Shown here: positions 27,921-35,337 of the stretch, in pieces
How positions within the stretch are numbered: position 1 is the first letter of the stretch
How the letters are laid out: each line of letters begins with the position of its first letter
IMG/VR virus record: IMGVR_UViG_3300030397_000543
Span: 1 to 43,860 of that record
Length of the DNA stretch: 43,860 bases
Direction: 5' to 3' (one strand)
Source: a virus
Taxonomy: Duplodnaviria > Caudoviricetes
The notes under the pieces: generated by a model
Database searches by the model: none
Seen by the model: only the letters and a program-made list of their open reading frames with translations
What the model was told of the DNA's origin: nothing
Made by a program: the position numbers and the translations under genes

Positions 27921-28259
27921 TCACAGGTGGTTTGTCTTGTGATTGTAGGGTACTTTTGGTGGATTCTTCGCGCCTAATAATTGTTCTTCTAAATACGAAA
28001 CTTTCATCGCAAAAACCGATATTGAGTTCATCGGAAGCATATTTGAAATTCTAGCTTTCATCGAAACCCTAACTTCGTGTACGACATAAGTTTCGCCTTC
28101 GTATTCTACACAGTCAAACAACTTGAGGTCGCTATGTCCATAAATCTCAATAATGTAATCAGACAGTAAATCGTCTTCACTGAGACAATCGTGATTGCTA
28201 GCAAATAAAATTGCTCGTGCTGGCGCTGCATCTTGATACTTTTTTAAAACAAGTAGCAT
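27921..28259 (-). CDS. Hypothetical accessory protein
   Basis: TAAGGAT RBS. Confidence 0.65.
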   Translation of the reverse strand: MLLVLKKYQDAAPARAILFASNHDCLSEDDLLSDYIIEIYGHSDLKLFDCVEYEGETYVVHEVRVSMKARISNMLPMNSISVFAMKVSYLEEQLLGAKNPPKVPYNHKTNHL

Positions 28260-28276
28260 TGTACAATCCTTATCTG

Positions 28277-28297
28277 AAAAAGGGGCATTATGCCCCG
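28277..28297 (-). terminator. Intrinsic terminator
   Basis: GGGGCA-taa-TGCCCC-TTTTT. Confidence 0.65.
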
Positions 28298-28301
28298 TTG
28301 A

Positions 28302-28691
28302 TTAACTCTCTAAAAATTTGATACCGTCCGCTTCGTACTGGTCGGCTTGCTTTGCCGCAAGGTGTGGACTGATATACCCTTTTTTGTCACCACAACTGCG
28401 TCTATGTACTGCCCAATCGACTTTGTAAACAACATCAGCAAACCATTTACCTTGAGGCTTAAAGCGGATAACGGTAAACGCATCAGTTTCAGTGCGGTAT
28501 TTATAATAATTGTCGTTTACCTTGACCAATTCGTATTTGAGATTCGGTAAGAATAAACCGATAACGAATTGCCACTTGAGGCAAAGTCTCAGCCAGTTTT
28601 CGGCTTGAATATCACCATCTGAATTCGGGTTAAATTTGCATACTAGGTGTTCAAAATCCAGTTCTTGCCATACGGTGTAGATAATGTTCAT
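28302..28691 (-). CDS. Hypothetical accessory protein
   Basis: TTCTAAGGAT RBS. Confidence 0.7.
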   Translation of the reverse strand: MNIIYTVWQELDFEHLVCKFNPNSDGDIQAENWLRLCLKWQFVIGLFLPNLKYELVKVNDNYYKYRTETDAFTVIRFKPQGKWFADVVYKVDWAVHRRSCGDKKGYISPHLAAKQADQYEADGIKFLES

Positions 28692-28711
28692 TTGGTCATC
28701 CTTAGAATTAA

Positions 28712-28903
28712 TTAGGCGTTTTGCTTAACCCATTCGATAGCTTCTTCGTAGGTATCGAGAAATTCGGACTTATCAGTACCTTTTATCCAAGCATGATAAT
28801 CGTTCTTTAAACGACCATCTGTGCCGCGTGAACCGCCAGCAAATGGAGCGATAATAGCGCGAACTTTTTTGCCTGATTTTTTGGTAACGGTGATAATTTT
28901 CAT
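28712..28903 (-). CDS. Small hypothetical accessory protein
   Basis: Starts exactly at the end of the 70-bp promoter/leader repeat. Confidence 0.7.
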   Translation of the reverse strand: MKIITVTKKSGKKVRAIIAPFAGGSRGTDGRLKNDYHAWIKGTDKSEFLDTYEEAIEWVKQNA

Positions 28904-28970
28904 GTGGTCGTATTCTTAGAATTTATCGAACTTAACTTAATGATATAACACTTTTTAATTTTTGTAAAGG
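28901..28970 (-). promoter_or_regulatory. 70-bp promoter-leader-RBS-ATG cassette, copy A
   Basis: TTTACA-17 bp-TATCAT; 64/70 identical to 33858-33927. Confidence 0.85.
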
Positions 28971-29000
28971 TGTTAAATAGAAAAAAGTCGTAAAGGAATC

Positions 29001-29026
29001 AAAAAACCCCTAAATAATAGGGGTTT
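29001..29026 (-). terminator. Intrinsic terminator after the capsid operon
   Basis: AAACCCCTA-ttatt-TAGGGGTTT-TTT. Confidence 0.75.
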
Positions 29027-29048
29027 GAATGTGTTACAGGGGTAACGT

Positions 29049-29462
29049 TTAGGTTGTGCTTTGGTCGAAGTTATTGGTTGCTGGACGATTCTTGACATGT
29101 CCAAGTACCATAATCCCGAACATACGTGCCGCGCTTGGGGTTGCTTCAATGTTCAACCAGTCGTAGCCATCACTAAATTCGGCAGGGCGAATCTCGATAC
29201 GAAATGAGGTATCGGTATCCCCCATCGACAGGTCTTTATTGCCTGAGTCGAATGATTGCAATGTACCACCAGTCAAGGCATTGGCTTCCTCAACATCCAC
29301 GTCAATTGTATTGCCACTTCCCGATTCCGCCATACCGATAACAACAATGCGGTCATAGTTCGTGACAGGCAAACGTGCTGCGAGGTCTTGAGCAGTTGAA
29401 TGGTCAGCTACAGCGATTTCAGCCGCCAATTCCCAATCTTCACCAAATTCATGTGTGTACAT
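29049..29462 (-). CDS. Probable head decoration / cement protein
   Basis: Small acidic beta-rich protein downstream of the capsid gene; GGAGG RBS before ATG 29462. Confidence 0.6.
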   Translation of the reverse strand: MYTHEFGEDWELAAEIAVADHSTAQDLAARLPVTNYDRIVVIGMAESGSGNTIDVDVEEANALTGGTLQSFDSGNKDLSMGDTDTSFRIEIRPAEFSDGYDWLNIEATPSAARMFGIMVLGHVKNRPATNNFDQSTT

Positions 29463-29485
29463 AATGTTGCCCTCCAAGGGTTTAT

Positions 29486-30196
29486 TTAATCGTCACCAAA
29501 GACGATAATGATTTTACGTTTATTATCTCTAAAAACAACTCGCCAATTAGCAAGTTTCTTCACCGATAAATTCCAAAGGTGTGCCTCTAACATATTGCAA
29601 TGGTGACACAACCACATTAGATTTTCGATTTTTCCGTTATCCGTATTGTGGTCAATGTGATGCACTTGGACATTTTTATTATTGCCGCACCAAGTACATA
29701 TTATCTCTGGACTTTCATTAGTCAGTATATTCTTATGAAAATTACGAGATTTACCACCTCTATAAGCATGATTTTTACTTCCAGACACAAAAAATGAATG
29801 TCGCTCACTATGTGGTTGTTGTAAATCAAGTTCCCTTATCCAACGTGTGATAATTGCTCGACTAACACCATAAAATAAGGCTATTTCATCTTGTGTCATC
29901 CCCTTACCTTCTGGCGGTAACAAATACATTTCGCTTAACTCGTTTTTTGACGGCGCATAAAACTTACGTTTACCTGTATTATGATATGAAACTCGTTCAT
30001 ATCTATCTTGCTCAGGTATCCCTAGTTTTTTTCGCCATCGTTTTACGGTTGCACGATGTACACCATAATAGTTAGCGATTTCTTTTAGCGTCATGCCCTT
30101 ACCTTCTGGTGGCAATAGGTAACGCGATTCAAAATCTTCTTTGGTTGGTAAAGTGCCACGTTTTCGTTTCATAGGTACACTGCAATAAATTAACAA
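29486..30196 (-). CDS. HNH homing endonuclease with tandem HTH domains
   Basis: CTWCG...VHHIDHN...NLMWLCHHCN; duplicated YLLPPEGKGMT HTH unit; AT-rich; own TGATATAAT promoter at 30204-30212. Confidence 0.85.
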   Translation of the reverse strand: MLIYCSVPMKRKRGTLPTKEDFESRYLLPPEGKGMTLKEIANYYGVHRATVKRWRKKLGIPEQDRYERVSYHNTGKRKFYAPSKNELSEMYLLPPEGKGMTQDEIALFYGVSRAIITRWIRELDLQQPHSERHSFFVSGSKNHAYRGGKSRNFHKNILTNESPEIICTWCGNNKNVQVHHIDHNTDNGKIENLMWLCHHCNMLEAHLWNLSVKKLANWRVVFRDNKRKIIIVFGDD

Positions 30197-30229
30197 TGCA
30201 CCTATTATATCAAATCGTTCGCTTAAATA

Positions 30230-31621
30230 CTAGGTACTGTAAGCGGAAAGTGCCACGAAAGGCGAAACTTGCGTTGACCCATCTTGATAGGTAATCGGAG
30301 CGTTTAGCCATGATTTCCCATCGTGACGCATGGTCATACGCCATGATACTTGGTCGTTAGCGAAGCGTTCATGGATACTCATATCCATGGTCATCGCCTG
30401 ACGATCCCCTATCATGTAGTACGAGAAGTCAACCAGCATAATATCGCCTAATGTGCCAAGTGCTGGCAGCTTATCGGTGAAGATAATCGGGCGACCCAAT
30501 AGTGTGTTCGGGATTCCTGCCTGAGCATTTCCCCATAGGTATGACGGATTGCCAGTTGGTCCGTTCATGTTCATCAACACGGTCAAAACCGATTGATTCG
30601 CAATCCAGACCGCATTCGCAGTCGGTAGCATCACGCCAAGCATTTTGGTCAAGTCTTCGTATTGAACATCGTTGTTCGCTACGCGGCTTGTGCCTGAGCT
30701 ATGCCCACCAACGGAAAGCAATGCGCCTGATTTGAGGATACCCTCTGGTTTGCCAACACCGCTACCGTTGAGATAGTCCATATCAGCACGGTGCGCCATC
30801 GCACCAGGGAAGCCCATATCGCCCATGAGAAAATCTTCAAGCGCGATAGCAGAATCGGCAAGCAATTCGTTACTGGTACGGGTTAAACCTGTCAGCTTAT
30901 GGGCTGTCAGGGTAACGTCACGCCAGCTTGGTTGCGATTCGGTCAGGCTTGCAGCTTCGTCAGCATAATACGTCACAATACCGCCATACCAAGACGCGCC
31001 ACCTGCGACTGTCCCTTGTTGGTTCAGCACAGGAATTGTGACCTGACGACGATTCATCCGAATCACTTCGGCTCTAGGGCGAACAATTGTCGCTGTATCC
31101 TGAACCATTTTGACACGGCTTTGGAACTCTTGCGGAACGAGGAAACCACCAGTCGCGCCCGTGTCCTCAGCAAGTGCTTTGGCATCGGTTACGTTTTGCA
31201 CTCGCGCCCGTACACCGTCCGCGTCGCCATCCCAATATTGCAGACTGCCGCTAAGGACGTTATTGGCTTTCAAGTGCCATAGTGATTTTGCCCATTCACC
31301 GATGCTTTTGAAGCCACCGAATTTGGCAAGCTGTTCCTGAATTGCAGGGTCGGAAGGGTTGCCCTCTTGCGAACGATTGTCATCGCTATTCGCAAAGCGT
31401 TTTAAGTCAGCATCTTTCTCTGACTCAAGTTGCTTTAGGCTTTCCCACTTATCGTAATTGTCTTGTGCGAAATTGAACAAGGAATCCGCTTTTTCGCGCA
31501 ATTCGGCAACGCCCTCACCTTTTGCAAAGGCGGCATCAATTTCAAGATGTGTATCAAGAAACATCTGGTGATATTTATCGCCAAGTTCCTTGAACTTATC
31601 AGACTTCATGACCTCGACCAT
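30230..31621 (-). CDS. Major capsid protein, HK97 family
   Basis: GGFLVPQEF, SNELLADS, LNGSGVGKPEGI, LLGRPII; N-terminal delta domain. Confidence 0.97.
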   Translation of the reverse strand: MVEVMKSDKFKELGDKYHQMFLDTHLEIDAAFAKGEGVAELREKADSLFNFAQDNYDKWESLKQLESEKDADLKRFANSDDNRSQEGNPSDPAIQEQLAKFGGFKSIGEWAKSLWHLKANNVLSGSLQYWDGDADGVRARVQNVTDAKALAEDTGATGGFLVPQEFQSRVKMVQDTATIVRPRAEVIRMNRRQVTIPVLNQQGTVAGGASWYGGIVTYYADEAASLTESQPSWRDVTLTAHKLTGLTRTSNELLADSAIALEDFLMGDMGFPGAMAHRADMDYLNGSGVGKPEGILKSGALLSVGGHSSGTSRVANNDVQYEDLTKMLGVMLPTANAVWIANQSVLTVLMNMNGPTGNPSYLWGNAQAGIPNTLLGRPIIFTDKLPALGTLGDIMLVDFSYYMIGDRQAMTMDMSIHERFANDQVSWRMTMRHDGKSWLNAPITYQDGSTQVSPFVALSAYST

Positions 31622-31633
31622 GATAATCCTCCA

Positions 31634-32793
31634 TTATGTGATAGTCGCTATTTGTCGTTGTCGTAAGATTGCCTTTTGCCTCTGTAAATCGCGTAAGATG
31701 TCGGCTGATTCCTCAGCGTCGTCTTCGGAAGTGAGTGAGTCTTCGCTCGGCTCGGCTTCGGATTTACCAGAAGAAGATTTAGGCTTCTCATATTCCGCAT
31801 TCGGCAACTCGCGTCCAAGTACGTCGCTCGGAATAATGTTCATTACGGTGTCAACGAGGGTCGGTAGTAATTCGCCTAACATCTCCATGTCGTCATCTTC
31901 TAAGATTCCAGCACCATGAAAATCGCCAACTTGGTTTTCCAAGAATGCGACCAATGCGCTACGAAGTACAATACCAATGGTGTCAGGGATTTTGAGTTCA
32001 ACATAATCGTCACAGATGAACTTGTCCCCAACAGCCTCTTGATGGGCGAGGCAAAACCCGTTCTTCGCAGTGACAGCTTTATAAAACTCGCAGGATTTAC
32101 AAGCGTCGGCTGCGATAGATTCACGATAGTTCGGAATAGCTTTGCTGTGCGGCATATGCCGTTCAGTCATTTTATTTGCGCCCGATTTCGGGTCGGGAGT
32201 GGGTGTAATTAGCGTTTCGCTATCATTCTTTGCGTCAACCGTCATTGTGGCGGTATTCGCTGCGAAAATAACAGGCGAGAACTCTTTTAAGTCCACTTCG
32301 AGAATGAAGTACAATTCGCGTTGCTCACCACCAACCGTTACTTCACGCCACTCCCCTTTGATAATGCGGAAGCCGATACTGTATTCGTCAATCACGCCAG
32401 CTTTGATACGGCGGAAAATCTTCGCAGATTTATCCGTTGGTTCGTCTAGCATGAATTGAAATTCGACATACAGACCGCCTGTGGCATCGGGATATTCGGC
32501 AATCAGTTCGGGCGGTAACTTGTCTTTGTTGACTTGCTCGATTTTGAGCAATTTAGCGATAGCATCTTCTGTACTGCGGTAGTTGTGGTTATCGAGGACA
32601 CGAATCTTATGAGCAGATTCGGCAATGGTTTTGGTAAATGCCCCAAACTGAATCACTTCCCAATGCTTATCGACATTGCCCATAACCGATACATAGGCTT
32701 TGACGATACCTAAATCGCCTTCCGCCTTAACATCGGAAATAAAAGCAGGGAATGATTTTCTCGATAGTTCTTCTGTTGGGGTTTGTTTAACCA
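31634..32793 (-). CDS. Prohead protease, HK97 family, with C-terminal extension
   Basis: VSVMGNVD, GAFTKTI, VLDNHN (His), EYSIGF (Ser), LKEFSPV; start probably the second Met (TAAGG RBS). Confidence 0.9.
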
Positions 32794-32948
32794 TTTTTAC
32801 GCCCTTAGCATTAACCACAAAGTCTCGCTCTCAGGCGTATAATTATGAGGGTAGTATACTAAAAAACAGGGGAAAACGCAAAACGCCCCACTTAGGGACG
32901 TTTATACGCGGTTTGTGTGAAAACCGAAAGCGCGACGCTTAACTTATT

Positions 32949-33860
32949 TTACCTACTTTCCCACGCTTCTGCAATTGTTAGTGCAGTATTCATCAATGTT
33001 ACGATTTTACGAGTCACACTGATGCTATTATTGGTGCTTGCTTGGCTGATTTCAGCCGTAAATTCGCCTTCGCTTTCTTTGAGTTCAATACGAATTTCAC
33101 GACGACGAAAACTGTTTTCTACTGGAATTTCGAGTTCAAGTGACCACGTATTATCACGGGCAAAAGAATATTGACGGTAACTAATTTTTACGTTGTTAGC
33201 TCGTTTTTTAGCGGTAATTTGTTTGCTCAAGCTAAGGTTACGTAATTCAATAGGCGCACCATTTTTATCAAGCATCAGTAATTCTGTTTCGTCAACATCA
33301 ACTAAATTCAGACCAGAAGTTAAGGCATACAATTGACCGTCACGACTAATTTCGTAAGCCTCAAAAATCCAACGATACATAATCAAGTCTGCAACTGTGC
33401 AAGTAAATTCTTCGCCAAGTGCGTCAAATGTTTCTTCGATTTCCTGTAAATAAAGTTTTAGGGCTGCTTGATATTGTGTGCGACTACCAAAATCTTCCTC
33501 GATTGGGCGGCTTTTACGTTCTGCTATGGTAACGGTTTCTTCGACATTCGCCCAAAATCTATCGCGCAGTGCTTTTTCACGGTTAATTTTTGCTTGGCGT
33601 TCGGCTTGTTTGGCTGCTTGATATTCTTCTTGACGCTGTTCGCGGAGCGCGTCAAATTCACGAACCTTTAAAATCACTACATTGTCAAATGTAGAATTAA
33701 GGTCAGCTTTGGCATCCGTAGCTTTAGGGAAGCTACTATCGCTACCGTGACCATCTGTAGAATTAGGCTTCATAATCGCCCAAATGTATCCTGCTGGTTT
33801 TTTGCTGATGCAAGCAACGAGTTGGTTAGTGTATTGGTCAGAGTAAGTTACGTTAATCAT
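32949..33860 (-). CDS. Hypothetical accessory protein
   Basis: 303-aa ORF starting at the end of promoter cassette copy B. Confidence 0.75.
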   Translation of the reverse strand: MINVTYSDQYTNQLVACISKKPAGYIWAIMKPNSTDGHGSDSSFPKATDAKADLNSTFDNVVILKVREFDALREQRQEEYQAAKQAERQAKINREKALRDRFWANVEETVTIAERKSRPIEEDFGSRTQYQAALKLYLQEIEETFDALGEEFTCTVADLIMYRWIFEAYEISRDGQLYALTSGLNLVDVDETELLMLDKNGAPIELRNLSLSKQITAKKRANNVKISYRQYSFARDNTWSLELEIPVENSFRRREIRIELKESEGEFTAEISQASTNNSISVTRKIVTLMNTALTIAEAWESR

Positions 33861-33927
33861 GTGGTCGTATCCTTAGAATTTATTGAACTTAATAGAATGA
33901 TATAACATTTTTTAATTTTTGTAAAGG
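33858..33927 (-). promoter_or_regulatory. 70-bp promoter-leader-RBS-ATG cassette, copy B
   Basis: TTTACA-17 bp-TATCAT and TAAGGA RBS; near-identical to 28901-28970. Confidence 0.85.
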
Positions 33928-33937
33928 GGTCAATAGT

Positions 33938-33977
33938 AAAAAGAAAATAAAAACCGCCCTTTTCATCAAGCGGTTTC
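33938..33977 (-). terminator. Terminator of the tRNA array
   Basis: AAACCGC...GCGGTTT stem followed by a long T-rich tail. Confidence 0.55.
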
Positions 33978-34017
33978 GTGAGTGGGGATAGGTTCTGCGA
34001 TAAGGGGTATCGCATTG

Positions 34018-34091
34018 TGCGCCTGAGAGGACTTGAACCTCCAACCAACTGTTCCTAAGACAGCCGCATCTACCAATTGTGCTACAGGCGC
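34018..34091 (-). tRNA. tRNA-Leu(TAG), short variable loop
   Basis: GCGCCTG/CAGGCGC-A; loop CT-TAG-GA; GGAGG-TTCAAGT-CCTCT. Confidence 0.85.
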
Positions 34092-34095
34092 TTCA

Positions 34096-34176
34096 TGGGT
34101 GTTGAGAGATTCGAACTCCCTACCCTTCGGACGTGGTTTACAGCCACGCGCAACTCGCCATCTTTGCCGAACACCC
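34096..34176 (-). tRNA. tRNA-Tyr(GTA)
   Basis: GGGTGTT/AACACCC-A; CGTGG-CTGTAAA-CCACG; extended variable arm. Confidence 0.9.
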
Positions 34177-34180
34177 GAAG

Positions 34181-34254
34181 CTGGCTAGGTAGGACTTGAA
34201 CCTACAACCAACGCATTAACAGTGCGTCGCTCTCACCAATTGAGCTACTAACCA
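34181..34254 (-). tRNA. tRNA-Asn(GTT)
   Basis: TGGTTAG/CTAGCCA-G; ACGCA-CTGTTAA-TGCGT; canonical D and T arms. Confidence 0.93.
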
Positions 34255-34257
34255 TTG

Positions 34258-34329
34258 TGGGGAATGCCTTAAACGATTCGGCGACCTCCCGCAGTTCATA
34301 CGGACGCTCTCCCTCTGAGCTAATTCCCC
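34258..34329 (-). tRNA. Atypical or pseudo tRNA, anticodon GAA (Phe), aberrant T-arm
   Basis: Perfect GGGGAAT/ATTCCCC-A acceptor and GCTC/GAGC D-stem; T-arm GCC-GAATCGTTTAA-GGC lacks TTCRA. Confidence 0.6.
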
Positions 34330-34614
34330 GTGAACAAAGCGAATGACTTGCCAAGTTATTCCTTCGTTCGGACTGTTTGCCACTGGCGCAGTCATTCCAG
34401 ATAATCGAATAGCCCGACTATCGGCAATTAGTATTTCGATACACCCTAATTCGGTGCTAGTCACTGGCGCAAGGTGTGACAACCTTCCCAATTTGACGCA
34501 TTGGGATACGGGTGTTTGGGATTGTGGCGCTGATGACACCATTCACCAGCATAGGTTAGGACAGTGAACCTTTCACAGTTCTTGGTGCATCGGACAAGCC
34601 CTAGTAGCCCGATG
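34330..34614 (-). ncRNA. Candidate structured ncRNA (about 285 nt) within the tRNA array
   Basis: Multiple stems: CATCGGGC/GTCCGATG, GCTGGTGA/TCATCAGC, CACCC/GGGTG enclosing TCCCAAT/ATTGGGA and GTCAC/GTGAC, GAATGACT/AGTCATTC. Confidence 0.6.
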
Positions 34615-34690
34615 TGGGACTGGCAGGACTCGAACCTGCAACCCCTTCATTTTGAGTGAAGCGCAAAACTGCCAATTGTGCTACAGTCCC
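34615..34690 (-). tRNA. tRNA-Leu(CAA), short variable loop
   Basis: GGGACTG/CAGTCCC-A; CTTCA-CTCAAAA-TGAAG; GCAGG-TTCGAGT-CCTGC. Confidence 0.85.
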
Positions 34691-34770
34691 GTGCGAGAGA
34701 ATACAGGCTATTATGTGCTATCTCTCGATTCACCTAACGAGTTCACTTGCAGCCCGTTCGTCAGGTCTTG

Positions 34771-34843
34771 ATGGGGAAACAAGGCTCGAACTTGTAACCT
34801 TTGCATCCAAAATGCAACGCTCTCCCGATTGAGCTATTCCCCA
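34771..34843 (-). tRNA. tRNA-Gln(TTG)
   Basis: TGGGGAA/TTCCCCA (U1-A72); TTGCA-TTTTGGA-TGCAA. Confidence 0.88.
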
Positions 34844-34846
34844 ATA

Positions 34847-34920
34847 TAGCAGGGGCGGAAATTGAATCCGCGCTCCTCGAATTGTTAATTCGTCAGAGAT
34901 AACCACCTCTAATCCCTGCA
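34847..34920 (-). tRNA. Atypical or pseudo tRNA, initiator-like body, apparent anticodon AAC
   Basis: 1:72 mismatch; GCAGGG/CCCTGC; GCGGA-TTCAATT-TCCGC T-arm; CGAA-TTAACAA-TTCG anticodon arm. Confidence 0.55.
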
Positions 34921-34922
34921 AG

Positions 34923-34998
34923 TGGGCGTGGTCGGATTTGAACCAACACGTCAATCGTCCCTTAGACGATTAGCTCTGCCATTGAGACTTACACACCC
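34923..34998 (-). tRNA. tRNA-Leu(AAG), A34 anticodon, short variable loop
   Basis: GGGTGTG/CACGCCC-A; ATCGT-CTAAGGG-ACGAT; GTTGG-TTCAAAT-CCGAC; irregular D-stem. Confidence 0.7.
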
Positions 34999-35055
34999 GA
35001 ATGAGGGCGTTTAACGTCTGTCCCTCAAAGACATTCTTTAATTTAATAAAGATTG

Positions 35056-35138
35056 CGGAAAATGGAGGAATCGAACCCCTACGCTCTCACGCACGCCAGT
35101 TTTCAAGGCTGGTTGCCGACCATTCAGCCGCACTTTCC
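35056..35138 (-). tRNA. tRNA-Ser(TGA)
   Basis: GGAAAGT/ATTTTCC-G; loop CT-TGA-AA; long variable arm. Confidence 0.88.
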
Positions 35139-35141
35139 GTA

Positions 35142-35239
35142 TGGTGGCGCTATATTAATCGTTTCTTCGCATCGTGCAAACCGATTTGCGCGCAACCGAT
35201 TTATCGTTTTACGAAGTCTGCATTAATCGGCATACCACC
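35142..35239 (-). ncRNA. Candidate structured RNA (about 98 nt) between tRNA-Trp and tRNA-Ser
   Basis: End-to-end pairing GGTGGT/GCCACC-A, ATTAAT/ATTAAT and CTTCGTA/TGCGAAG, with two apical hairpins. Confidence 0.5.
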
Positions 35240-35241
35240 GT

Positions 35242-35314
35242 CAGGCGTTAAGGGAATTGAACCCCTTGCTACAGTTTTGGAGACTGTCATGTTACACCAT
35301 TACACCAAACGCCT
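35242..35314 (-). tRNA. tRNA-Trp(CCA)
   Basis: AGGCGTT/AACGCCT-G; ACAGT-CTCCAAA-ACTGT; AGGGG-TTCAATT-CCCTT. Confidence 0.9.
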
Positions 35315-35337
35315 TTATTCAGGATTAAAAGTCTACC

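Noticed and set aside
30196-30230. Group I intron housing the HNH gene
   Set aside because: Flanks are only about 10-35 nt, with no room for a ribozyme core, and neighbouring genes are intact.
34050-34062. Possible amber-suppressor tRNA (CTA visible on the + strand)
   Set aside because: The tRNA is on the minus strand, so its anticodon is TAG (Leu). TAG also serves as a normal stop in several genes, so there is no evidence of recoding.
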